Source: the human T2T-CHM13v2.0 reference genome, Homo sapiens. Taken from it: a stretch of 64,000 bases of DNA. Made by a program: the position numbers and the translations under genes. The DNA is taken from assembly GCF_009914755.1 (NCBI RefSeq), contig NC_060937.1. One strand, 5' to 3'. Below, one piece after another: positions 13,486-26,241 of this stretch (positions are counted from its first letter, which is position 1; each line of letters opens with the position of its first letter). The notes below the pieces were generated by a model that saw only the letters and a list, made by a program, of their open reading frames with translations, searched no databases and was not told where the DNA came from.

Positions 13486-15123
13486 TCCCTCACTCTTGCC
13501 AGGAGAATACCCAACATCTTTCCAGTGTCTATCAGACTAGGCTGAGCACTTCCTCTAAGATCTGCTGAACCCTGGATACTCAAGTTTGCAACACAAAGGA
13601 AGGAACCAAGGGGTAGAAACTCCCCTGGGAAGAGACAGTGTTCTCTGTGGTAGAATTGGGGAGGGAACCCAAATGGAAGCAGGGACCCCGAAGGAGGGAG
13701 CTGGATGGAGAAAACAGGGTATTAGCAAGACAAAGGACAGGGAGGGATGTCTCCATGGGAAGCTGAAGCCCTTTACAACCTCCACCTTCCAAAGACTCAA
13801 GTCTGCAAGGCTGTCCTTCTGCAACAGAATTCAATGGTTAAATGAAATCTACTTAGGACTTCTATTTCTCACTCATGGAAATGCTACTTTGAGCTATATC
13901 TGATCTTTCAATAAATAACTTTCTCCTGGCACCACTATAATCTCGTTATCATACCTATATCAGCAGGACACAGTGGGGTACCAACAGAAAACCCCTTCAT
14001 TTTCTCTTACTGTTGTCTTTCAACCCCAATCCTCCCTGACCTTGGACAGTATCTAGGCCCAAGTGCATAGCTTTTCTGATTACTTCCAGGTAATGATGTA
14101 CACACTTATCATCAGATATTAAAAACTTCAAAAACAACCTGATCTCAAAACTGTAATCTCTCATCCTATTTCAAGCTTCTCCTCTCTCTCTAGCTCAGAC
14201 CAGACTCCTGCAGAAACCTGCAGGGAAAGAAGGTGTGAACAATTCCATGTCCTCCCCCGCTGCTCTGCTGCTTCGGGTTCAGGTTGGACTGGGAGAGGGC
14301 AGAGGAGCAGCAAGGGGAGTCAGGAGCTTTTCACCTGAGCTGTTGGAATCTGCAGTTAGGAATCTGCCCTCTGTGTGACCTGAGTCCTAACTCAGCTGTC
14401 TGCTAGTTCCCAGGATAATTCCAACAGGAGCACTTACCAAGTAACGACCTATATCAGCACTCTTCTAGATGTCACGGGAAATGAACATCCTCAAAGTAAC
14501 TCTCATTGCAGAGTAATTCAGAGTTGGCAATTTGATTTTTCTCTTTCTTGGTCTCATAAATTGTTCTCCCTCTAGGAAAGCTGTATAAATTCCCACTAAA
14601 AGTGGCCCTTGCCTTGAAGACTGGTTTGCAGGCATGAGACCTTTCCCTGGGTTACTGGCAGCCCTTTAATTCACGTATGAAGCCTCTTTGTCCTGCAGTC
14701 ACGGGTCCAAGAAGATGGCTCAGGATAGGCAGCCCCACATTTTTTTTGCTCAACATATATAGATGACTGGAAGTGGAACTATTCAAACTACTAAAACTTT
14801 CAGACCCCTCTCCAGAATTTCTAGGATAATGTCTACAAAGTACATTCTAGGTTTAGCATAAGCTACTATGGGGAAAAGAAAGAAGAGAAAAAGAGAAGGA
14901 AGAATACTCCCCAGAAGTCCAACCTCAGAGGCTCCGTGGGTTTCTGGTCGGACTGCCCTGATGCTCAGAGGACAAACATCAACTTGGGGCCAGTGTGAGG
15001 TGCTGACCCCTTGGCCAGATGAGCTGGATTATATTCACGCCTCGGGTCCTGCTCACAGAGTGAGAATGAACCCTTAATACTTTGCTGGATTCACAAGAGG
15101 GCATCTGGTTTTAAAGATTCTTT

Positions 15124-15559
15124 TGCTGTGGGTTGAATTGTGTCTCCCCTATGCTCCCCAAAAAGATAGGAAGTCCTAACCTCCATACTAGAGATGTGAT
15201 CTTATTTGGAAATAGGGTGATTGCAGATGTAATCGGTTTAGGTCAGACTGGAGTAGGGCAGGCCCCGAATCCAGTAAGACTGATGTCCTTAGAAGAAGGC
15301 AGCCCTGGGCAGACAGAGACACACCAGGAGAGCTCCAAGTGATGATGAGGCCAGAACCAAAGAAAGCCACAGGATGCTGAAGGCAGAGATGTAGGAAGGG
15401 ACAAAGAAGTATCCTCCCTTAGGGCTTTCAGAGGGAGCGTGGCCCTGCCAACACCTTGATTTCCAACTTTTGGCCTCCAGAACTGAGACATACATTTCTG
15501 TTGTTTTAAGCAACCCAGTTTGTGGTACTTTGTTATGGCAACCCAGGGAAACTAATACA
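15124..15559 (+). mobile_element. MLT1B/C-like MaLR solo LTR
   Basis: tgtgggttgaattgtgtc...tttggaaatagggtg...gccaacaccttgatt...ggaaactaataca. Confidence 0.85.
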
Positions 15560-17682
15560 CCTCATATGGCCCTTACAGGAGGATGGTAACTGCATTTGCT
15601 TGCGAGCATATCTGATCTCACGCAATAGCGTGGAAGCTCCTAAGGTTCCCTGGAGCCCATTGCCTAACACAGAACAAATACAGTGTGTGCCAGTAAATTT
15701 TGGTTGAATGAACAAATGTAGGACTTTCAATCTTAATGGTAGATTAAATACAAACAAAATATAAGAATTAACAAGGGAGAAAGGCATACCTAGATTGGTG
15801 TGTATATTTCATTCACAACAACATTATATAATCTTGTTTATGATTTGCATAAATGAGCTATTATGCCATAATTTGAAACTCAAATCGGTGGCGTCTCCCT
15901 GCAACATGAATGAGATGAAACAAGTCTTCCTCTCCTCTCTGCATGTTAAAGATGATTGCTGTGTTAGTCCAATGATAGATCCCGGTCTTCACTGTCTCAT
16001 AACGTCTCAGCATCTTTTCTGGTTTCTCACTGGGGCTGGAATAGCTGCTGAGGGACTCTTCCTGCCTGTGAGATTTACATTATTTGAGATTTAAAGCAAA
16101 CACTATTTCAAAACTAGCAGTAACTTCAATAATTGGTGGAAGTGATTGCCCCAAGGTGGAATCTCCGGTCATCAATTTAACTTACCTAGTTCTTAATCTC
16201 CAGAAAATAGCTGGCCTCTGAATCATTGCTGTATACTTAAGAGGCCACGATAGAAGAGTCCCAGGGCCTTGGAAAAGATTTGTGGTGATAATCTCATTGG
16301 GACTTTATTTCTTCATGGATTCCTTTCTGAATAGCAACTTAGCACATACACAATTGAGAGGGATAACTGCATGTATGTGTGTGCATGTGTGTTCATGCAT
16401 GGAGTACAACCAGCAGAAGAGAAGGACTAGAGGACCCATATTGCAATCACTTATGGGAGGATGCATAAGAAAATACAAGGGAGATAAGAAAAAGAAAACC
16501 TAATAAATTAGAATTAATTATTAATTGCAAATTAGTAACCAATTCCTTTAATAATTTTGTCTCTCTTTTCACAATTCTTTATCTTTTGTATTTAAAGATT
16601 CTGGTTCCATTTGGTGATATTCATTTGCTTCTTATTCAAATGAGATGACCAGGGATAGTTTGGGGGAATTTTTTTTGGACCCTGACAGGGGTCATGTCTT
16701 TCAATCCTATCCCTAAATTCATACCCATATCTTCTTCAGTCCAAATTTAATTCAGCCCAACACATATGGGATGATTTCCTATCTTATGCCAGGCTCAGTG
16801 CTTGACAGTTGAATACGAAGATGAGTAACACGGCTCCAGATTATGAGGAGTTTCTAATCTGGCAAGGGGATGAGATGCATTACCTAGGTGTGACAGGGAC
16901 CTTTCATTTTCTGTCCTTATGGGTGATCTTTGCCAATCCCTGGAGGGCAATCAAGAGGTTAAGACATATTGCCTCCCAAATCTGGAGTCTTCTCTAGCTT
17001 CTCCCGGGTTGTGAGTCTCTTCTATGCAGCTGATCCTACAGGTGATCTCAAAAGCATCCCACCCAAAGGGTTGTACAGGCCCATTTCTCCTTGGGCCAAC
17101 CTACATTTTAGACCTTGCCAAATTCAATACTTGAGACTACAATTTAGACACATGGAATTCTCTACCGAATGGCTATTGGTTTGGAGTTTCCATTTGGGTT
17201 CTAACCAATTGAGCAATGGTGCAAGCGTTCCCCAGGGGGAACAAAAAGTGGGATCTATTTTATTGTAGATGCAGCGAGTGCCCAGTGACCTCGAGAACAT
17301 GGGGCTCCTGGGCAACGCTGGACTGCAGCATTGTGGGGCCCCCAGAACCAAAATCTACCTTCCGATTCCTTCCACCAGAATGGAAGTTATGTGGCTCCCA
17401 GTGAATATCAGGCTGACCTCATTGAGTCATAAATGAAGGAGAAAGATGAGATAGAAGAGAGGGGTGAGCCTGTTTGGGCTTCCCAATAACAGGCCTGTCT
17501 GGTATGTGACCCAGCATGGAGCCTGAATACAAAGGACCCATCCTGCCTGAGCATAGATGGGCCAAGAGAGCAAGACAGGGGCTGACCCTGTTTTCTACTT
17601 TTAAAGCCAAGCACCCCACTCACTGGCATGTGGGATGTGATCCCAAGAGTTTCTGCCTCTCTTGGATCACGAATCAAGCCAG

Positions 17683-17761
17683 TTTTTTTAAGAAGGGGAA
17701 AACAGTAAAATGGGGATCCCCCCTTTTTTTTAAGAAGGGGAAAACAGTAAAAATGGGGATC
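17683..17761. repeat. ~36-38 bp tandem duplication inside a MIR remnant
   Basis: tttttttaagaaggggaaaacagtaaaatggggatc at 17683-17718, repeated at 17724-17761. Confidence 0.9.
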
Positions 17762-18689
17762 AAAATGTACATTCCCACACTTCCTATCTTGGAGTGGAAA
17801 TCTCCTTTCCTCTATGAAAACCTGGATGTGCTGTTGGGTAGGGGAGGCAGCTGAGAATGTTCCTGGCAATGAGGCAAGCAAACTACTACTAGACAAAAAC
17901 TTGCAAGACTATTTCCAAGTATGTAGCAGGGATTCGAGTTGAAATTCTAGGTAGACATTTCCTTCTCTTGTACCTTCCCATTTTGGCCCTGCATGAGGAG
18001 GCTGTCTCCTCAGATGTTCCGTGAGCACTTGTCCTGAATTTCTTCCCTCTGATCATCCACTCTGCAGCTATCTCCTCAGGTCTGTGAGTGCAGGAACACC
18101 ACATCTGTGTAGGGAAAATGTCGTGCCTCTCTACGGGTTGATTTAAGACTCTTGTGACCTAGAGCTTCAGCTACATGTGTAATGATGTTTTCTGCTGAGT
18201 CACCGCAGCTGCTGGGTGCAGGTGGGCTGAGAACTCCTAAATGGGACCCAGGGAAAAGCTACAGGTGGGCTTGTCACCTTACAAGTCATCTATGAAGTTG
18301 CACCTTGCCTTAGAGATCACACAGCCTGACCCTATAATCCTACATGGAGAAAGGGGCATGTTTCCAATTTGCCTTTCTTTTAGCTTTGCCTCTTAGGGAC
18401 AGTGGACACCTCACTGCAGGGCAAGGAAGCATTGGATCCTCTTCTGCCCCTCCCAGGCCTGGCTGCCTTATGAGGCCATCAGGAGAAACTCGTTGTCACA
18501 GAGTGAGTGACGATGTCAAGTGCGGGGCAGTGCCGTGGATTAAATTGTTTGTAGGTCTTCTGATAAAAGCAGGCAGGAAAGAGGGTCTGCAGGTTGCTCC
18601 AACATAGACACATAGGTAATAGAGCTTATTCAGGGGAGGGAAGAGTGAGACCCCACAGGAAGTATCAATAAGATTTTGAAGGTTTTCAA

Positions 18690-19600
18690 AGAGTAAAAAG
18701 CTCAAACCTAACAGGCAGTAAGGGATGCAAGCTGGAGGCAGTGCTGCGGGAGGTTGGGGGAAGCAGATGGAAGAGCAAGGACCTGGGGTGAAAAAGCAAA
18801 TTCAGCCTCGGTTTGTGTTCAGGCAAAGGGAGGGTCAGCTTTTGGCTGTGGTATAGAAAATCAGTAAGGAAGTGAGAAGACTGGAAAAGGCAAAGGGGCT
18901 GAAAGCCAGGCTGCAGAGTTGATATTTCATACGGGAGTATCCTGCAGTTATTGGAAGAGTCTGAGGAGAATGATCTGATCAAAGCAGCACTTTAGGAAGG
19001 CTAATCTGTCACAGTGTGTAGGAGGGACTGGAGGAGAAACAGGCAGGAAGGCAGAGGTGGGAGAACTGTCAGCTAGGATGAGGATGACGATGGTGATGAA
19101 AAGATGATGTAAATCGTGAAAAAGATGAAGATGAGGATAGCAGCTAAGATTCATTGTTTATTAATGACATTCATTATTCTAAGTACTTTGTATCTGTTAT
19201 CTTATGTAATCCTCACACCCTCCTATGAGGTGAGACTGTTTTACAAATAATAAAACTGAAAAACAGAGAAGTAACTTGTCCAGGGTAACTAGCTAATAAG
19301 TGGTGGACCTAGGGTACAATCCAGGTGCTCTAATTTATTTATCCAGGCAAAATGCAATGAGCTGAGCAAAAGCAGAGTGGTGGTCATGGGAAGGTGGAGA
19401 TGGATTGGGATGTCACAGGGTTGGAGGCCACCTGATCAGATGTGATGGCAGGAGAGAGGTAGGTGGATTGGGAGAAGGAAAAGTGGAAAGGGCCATCCAG
19501 CTTATTGCCATAGGTCACTGGGGACATAGTGGGAATATCAATTAAAATAGGGGTGCCCAGAAGAGGGACTGGTTTCCAGGTGAAGATGGCACACCAGTCA
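18690..19600 (-). mobile_element. L2 fragment with nested MIR (~19150-19340)
   Basis: ggagaatgatctgatcaaagcagcactttaggaaggctaatctg L2-like; ttatgtaatcctcac...ttttacaaataataaaactga MIR-like. Confidence 0.55.
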
Positions 19601-19789
19601 GCCACCACCATCTCTGATCTGCAGTGCTGCAATTATGTCTCTTTGTCCCTTACAATCATTCTTTACATGGCAACTCCTACATGATGTAAAGCGGATCATG
19701 TTATTCCCCATTAACATCCTTCAACGTCTCCACAGCTCTCGAATCTAAAATCCAGTCTCCTTACTCTGGCAGACAGATTCCACAGGAGC

Positions 19790-20425
<636 letters not shown>

Positions 20426-20989
20426 ATTTCTGCTGCCCTCCACTTACTCTGTGCGGGAAATCAGCTGTACCCTAGGTGCCTAGAAGGGTACCAGGCACAT
20501 TGTAGATGCTCTACTGTGATTTATTAAACTAGCAAATAAATGAATATAGCCAAGTGTATTTTATTCTAAAAAGTATTTTCCCTATATGTTCATAATTTAA
20601 TAACAATACATCATATTGTTTTAATTCTAAAACAGTCAAACAGCTTTGATACGACAGTCATCTTATATAAATGAAAACGTGATCTAATGAAATGGCATTT
20701 TATGAGCTTTAGGCGAAGCAACCATTTGAATGATCTTGTTTAAATTAAATGGCCCTTTTGTGTTCAGTAGTCAGCATCACTAAGTGTGTCTATCTTGCTA
20801 ATACAGTGGCATCATTATAATCTAAATTATACAATTTAATTACATGTAACTTGAAGCTGAAATATTGGTGAGGTACAAGTATGACCTTTACATCACTTAT
20901 TAATGTTTTTTCAAATGACATGACACTCAGAAAAATTTAACAAAATCTTATGTTTTTGAATCGGCTTATGAATCGGCTAAATAAAACCT

Positions 20990-21170
20990 TAAGACACTGA
21001 CAAACCCAGTTCCAACCTTTGCTTTGCCATTTAATGGCTGCATGATCCTGGGAAAGATATTTGAGTACTCCAAGATTCACAGTCCCCACTCTATAGAGTT
21101 CTTGAGAAGAGTGAAATGAGTTAAGCATCTAAAATGTGCCTCCCAATTACTAGCCAATATTAGCTCCCTC
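20990..21170 (+). mobile_element. MIR fragment
   Basis: gccatttaatggctgcatgatcctggg...gtgaaatgagttaagcatctaaaatgtg. Confidence 0.5.
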
Positions 21171-21726
21171 TTCCTCCTTCCTTTGCCACAAACATACCAG
21201 GAAAAATAAAATTCTGTTTTAGATCTGATAAATAATTCCTGAAACCCAGCATAGCAAACATAAACACACTGTCCTAAAATACATGGGCAGCATAGTGTGT
21301 AGCCATCATGAGCCCCGCCTGCTTGCTTTCCCACTGCATTATGCCCTGAGAAATTGCCCCATGTGTTTTCTGGTGTTTGATTCTGTGCCAGAGCCATTAG
21401 GGTAGAAGAATGAGAAGGAGTTGAGTTCAGTCCTTTCAGAGAGGACACTCTCCTTTGGGCATCTGCTGGTTATGAGGGAGCTTCTTGCCACAATTCAGGC
21501 TGCATGCTGCTGGCAGAGGGAACGAAGGGAATGCACTGTCAGAAGGACAGAGAGACAGAGAAGCAGACAGAAGCATGGCGATGGCCAAGTGTTCTTTAGG
21601 GAGAAACAGGCTACATACGGGATAAGATTTTTGGAACATGAAAGAAGGGTTACTTTACCAATCTGAGGCTGCTCAGGCAGTGGTGCCAGAAGTCACAGAA
21701 CATATAAAGCAGAGTTTTTCCTCATG

Positions 21727-22040
21727 CAGTCATCCCTCAAGATCCATGGGGTGTTGCTTCCAGGACCCCCTTAGATACCAAAATCCATGGATGCTCAAGT
21801 CCCTGATATAAAATGGCACAGTATTTGCATATAACCTACACACATGCTCCTGCTTAATTTAAGTCACCTATAGATCACTAACACCTAACACAGTGTAAGT
21901 GCGATGCAAATTGTTGTTGCATTGTTTAAAAGTTTTATGATTTTTTCTTATTGATATTTTTAATTGTTTTTTCAAATATTTTTGATCCGTGCTTGATTGA
22001 ATCCAGATTGCGGAACCTATAGATAGAGAGGGATGACTTG
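21727..22040. mobile_element. MER2 (Tigger-type) DNA transposon
   Basis: cagtcatccctc...ttccaggaccccc...aaaatccatggatgctcaagtccctgatataaaatggc...gagggatgacttg with inverted termini. Confidence 0.85.
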
Positions 22041-23398
22041 TTTTTTTCCTTCTGTTCTCCCTTTATTCCAGCTCATTATTTATTTCATAGAATCTCAGGT
22101 TTGGAGAAGTCCTTAGAGATATTTTGGCTCAACCTCCTTCTCCATGCAGAAATCTCCTTTACAACATTCACGACAGATGGCCATTGTGGTGTTGCTTTGT
22201 TATAATTTGTTTTATTTAGTAATTGGTTTTTATAGAACACCATTAAGTTAAACAGTTTATTTTTCAAGGCTCCATGGAAATGGCTCTCTTTACCATCTGT
22301 GTGTGCCTCTCATATGAGATTAGACCCTGGGACTTTCTGCCCCTTGATGGCCTGAACTATTAGTAAGGGCAGAAAAGGGAAAAGGACTTGCCTCACTTCT
22401 CAATCAAGACTCCTGGGTAAGATTCAGTGCCAGGGAACGGGGAGGGAAGGGTAGCAATGATTTAAAAGATATTTACTAGCTTGAGAAAGGTCATTCTGAC
22501 CTTCGGTGTTGTTTCTTTAAAAATAATACTATTTGAGATTTTCTGATTATGCAAGTAACCCAGGTGCACAAACTTTTAAAAATTATTCTAAAAGCACACA
22601 AAATTACTAAATATTTGGGAGTTCTGCGATGATACTGCTTCTTCAGTTTTATATTCTGCCCTTTTTACATTATAGTGTGTCATTACATGTTCTTCCATAA
22701 TATAAGTCCTAGTTATGTATCATATTCTGTTTCATAGCTGTGGCATTATTTACTTAACCAGCCCCTTCTGGTTTCCTCTCACCTCTTGCTTCCTCATGCT
22801 GGTCAGAAAAGCTGCCTCTGGCATAAGCACTTCTTAATCTGCCTTGACTTTCATCCAGACACATAAACGCTTGTCCCAATGCATTTGGATGGAATGATAC
22901 GATTCCAGAGTGTTTCCTGGGAGTAATCATGGTGTTGCTGCGGAGTCCATCTTTGGGCTTTGTGTAGTTGATGTGTTAATTACACTCTGTCAAGCCACAA
23001 ACTTCTATTCCCCAAGCCTCTCCAGGCATGCACAATCATCTGTGTGTCACACTGCAAGTGAGGATAAGTCTAAATGGACCCTTTAAATCAGCTTGGCTGC
23101 CAACTTTGGCTCTATTGACTTGTCAGGGCCCAGGCAATGGCACAGCCAGCAGTCTTGGCCCATATTGACCAGAATGGGCTGCAGCAGAACTACCAGCCTC
23201 GCATCCTGTGACAAACGACCCAGGACAATGGGTGGTACCTGGGCTCCCGCTCTAGGAGCAGGCAGTCCTGCTAACATACCACCGCTTCCACCCCTGTCTG
23301 GCTCTCTGCTGGCCCTGATCCAAATGGGGCATTGTGCTTTGTTATTGTTGCCATAAGAAGTGGCAGCAGGGCCTGGAAATGCAAGGTAAACATTTGCA

Positions 23399-23546
23399 AT
23401 GGGATTCCAGGGGCATCTCCATGGCCTGATGCTTTGAGGAGGACAGAAATAGGAATACTAATGTCCCAGAATCTGAATCTGTCTAGAACTGACTGCTTAT
23501 TGATGTGGGTTATTTTGCTCTGTAAAGGGACACACACACATACACA
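23399..23546 (+). repeat. Left arm (probable donor) of a ~150 bp inverted repeat
   Basis: Reverse complement of 25225-25376, with 3 substitutions and one 4-bp indel by manual alignment. Confidence 0.95.
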
Positions 23547-24020
23547 CCTCAACCTTTTAGAAGAAATCCTGGGTTAATAATACTCCACCTGCTGGTTCCA
23601 TCTCTGAGTTCCCCATTCTTGGTCCCATTTGGTCCTGACTGAACTGCTGACCATGAGGCTGACCTCGGCCCTTGGTCCTTGGTCCTTGACAGTCTTGAGT
23701 CTGATGACCTCCACCTCCTCTTCACATGGCTCCACATTGCTGGATATTGTCATCTTGCTTCCTCTCACATCCTTTGCTAGATATGACTGCTGGTTTCAAG
23801 AGGGGCCCTTGGGTGTCAGGCTAGGAGTTGTTGCATAAAAGAATCCCCTTTGGGTCTTCTTTGTGATGTGCTTTGTCACTGGGACTTAAGCAGTGCTGCT
23901 TGTGCTCTGAGTCTCATGACAGCAATGCCCAGGCTTTAGCATGTGGCTCTGGAGGGAGCAGGCATGGGCCTTCAGGAACCAGAGCAGGAAAGGAAGACAA
24001 ATGATGATGCTGTGGTGGCC

Positions 24021-24545
24021 TGTGGTAGCAATTGATTCTGGCTTTCCGCTCTCTCCTCCCTAGTTACAGACCTTGTCTTCTAGCTGAAAAGACAGGCTCC
24101 TGATCCAGGCCTAGCCAATCACAGTGCCCCTTTCCCTGGACACAGCAACAGCCCAGGCGTGGGTGTGAGTCCCACACAGAGTTCATCAGAGTCTGTCCCT
24201 GGGATTGATTCATAGATGTTGGGAGAGAAAGGTGCTTCCTTTCCACTGGGTTTGCTAAGCAAGGGCTGCCATGTGGTGTGCCATGGGTTACAGAGAAAAC
24301 AAAGCTGGTACATAAAAGAGAGCAGAGACAGACAAAAATGAGAGACGGGAAAAGAGAAGCAGCACAGCAGAGGTGCTGAGCACTAGCATGGCCCTCGAGG
24401 CTGCTGTGCCCTCCACTGCTACTTCAATTACATGAAAAGCTGCAGCATCTTTCTCAACAATGGGAGCCCATTATTCTCTCGTCTTTCATAAGCGAGTTTG
24501 TGATGGGCTCTGACACACATGGCCGAAAGGGCCCTGCCTAATGCA
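24021..24545 (+). mobile_element. Old MLT1 (J/K-like) MaLR LTR
   Basis: tgatccaggcctagccaatcacagtgcc...aaagggccctgcctaatgca. Confidence 0.55.
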
Positions 24546-25224
24546 CTTTCTGATGCCAGCAGGTGCCAGTTTGATTTGTGAATACAGATGAGACATCCCT
24601 CCAGGAACTTTAGGAAATAGCATAAGGACACTTTGAGGAAGACCCATTTCCTGCAGGCAAGCAGGATGAAGTCTTCTGCCATAATAATTTGGATTATAAA
24701 AGGGAAGTATGACCTTGTTTGGATATCATAAGCTGGTGAGCCAGAAATATGTAGGCTATTCTCTCAAAAATTCATACACATCTCTTACCAGATTGGCTTC
24801 TGGCTGGACCTCCTGCCCCCGGCCCAGGCCCCAGGCCATCAGACCTGCTTAGAAACTTGTCTGAAACTGAGCCATGGAGGTCGCCTGAGCTGGATGCACC
24901 ATCTACCTCACCCAACTCAACAGAGAGAAGTTCCTGCAAGAGAATTGTGAGGTTTTAGTGGACAGGTGAATGTAGAGCAGGAGAAATAATCAGGAGTAGC
25001 ATCAAGATTGGAGACTGGGGAGGCAGGTGTTTGGTGAATCCATTAACCTAGAGAAAAGATTATTAAGGGAAGAGGAGGTATGTGGGAGAGACTAACTTAG
25101 AGTTAGATGTATTACACACACAGTAGGTGCAGAACGCCTGGCTCTACTGTGTCTGCTGTTTCAGGAGGTGCTTGGAAACATAGGTCTCCCTCTCAGAAAA
25201 GAGCTCCAGGCCAGCACATACACA

Positions 25225-25376
25225 TGTGTATGTGTGTGTGTCCCCTTACAGAGCAGAATAACCCACATCAATAAGCAGTCAGTTCTAGACAGATTCAGAT
25301 TCTGGGACATTAGTATTCCTGACTATTTCTATCCTCCTCAAAGCATCAGGCCATGGAGATGCCCCTGGAATCCCAT
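25225..25376 (-). repeat. Right arm (probable derived copy) of the inverted repeat
   Basis: See left arm; gtgtatgtg occurs at both junctions (25226-25234 and 25382-25390). Confidence 0.95.
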
Positions 25377-25467
25377 CACAAGTGTATGTGAAGTAGAAGT
25401 AGACGTCACTGGAGTGTAGGTGAAATAGAAGCCATGAGGGTTGAATAAAATTGCTTAAGAAGAGCAT

Positions 25468-25932
25468 TATATTGGTTTCCCAGGGCTACTATAACACATT
25501 ACCATAAAGCAGGGTAGCATGAAACAACAGAAATTTATTCTCACACAGTTTCGGAGGCCAGAAATTTGAAATCAAGGTGTCAGCAGGGCTGTGCTCCCCC
25601 TGAAGTCCCTAAAGAAGGACCCTTCCTTGACTCTTCCTAGCTTCTGGTAGTTGCTGTCCATCCTTGCCATTCCTTGGCTTCCATCTGCACCACTCCTATC
25701 GCTACCTCCATAGCCACATGGCCTTCTTCCCTCTGTGCCTTCCTATCTCTGTGTGCCCTCTCCTCTTCTTACAAGCACATTGGTCACATTAGATCTAGGG
25801 CCCACTCTAATCCCATAGGACCTCATCTTAACTATTTATATCTGCAAGATCCTAGGTCCAACTGAGGTCACATTCTGAGGTTCTCAGTTGGATCTGAATT
25901 TGGGGTTGGGGAGTGCTATTTAACCCACTATA
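25468..25932 (-). mobile_element. MLT1B/C-like MaLR solo LTR
   Basis: tatattggtttcccagggct...aaacaacagaaatttattctcacacagtt...aaatcaaggtgtcagcagggc...aacccactata. Confidence 0.85.
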
Positions 25933-26128
25933 ATGGTGAAGAGAGAAAAAGAGAAAGCTAAAGGCAGAATCATGAGACGCACGAACATTCTGGTCGTTAG
26001 TAGGGAAGTGTTAGCAAAGGAAAGAGAAAGAGAGAGAGAGAGACCACATTCCTAGCTGCTGAGAGGCCGGGTGGGGATGCAAGCAGGTAACTGTGTGTGA
26101 CCATCAGAAAACACTGGTAACGGCAGTT

Positions 26129-26241
26129 GGGTGACTAACTAATATATTTCGCCCAGGACTAGAGTGGCAGTCCAGGATGCAGAACTTTCGGTGCTAAAAC
26201 CCAACAGTACCAAGCACACTGGAATGGTTGGACACTCTACC
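26129..26241. mobile_element. hAT-Blackjack (MER94/MER81-like) remnant
   Basis: gggtgactaac...cccaggact...ggttggacactcta degenerate inverted termini. Confidence 0.4.

Larger units (their letters stand above)
24990..26030 (-). mobile_element. L2 fragment hosting the inverted copy and an MLT1 LTR
   Basis: ggtgcttggaaacataggtctc...agaagccatgagggttgaataaaattgc...agagagaaaaagag collinear with L2 reverse complement. Confidence 0.55.

Noticed and set aside
13560-14900. Possible ancient LTR remnant
   Set aside because: Could not assign a family or boundaries from sequence alone.
23271-25467. Duplicated peptide (ITHINKQSVLDRFRFWDISIP) suggesting a two-member gene family
   Set aside because: A by-product of the inverted DNA duplication; the 4-bp indel breaks the frame and there is no coding support.
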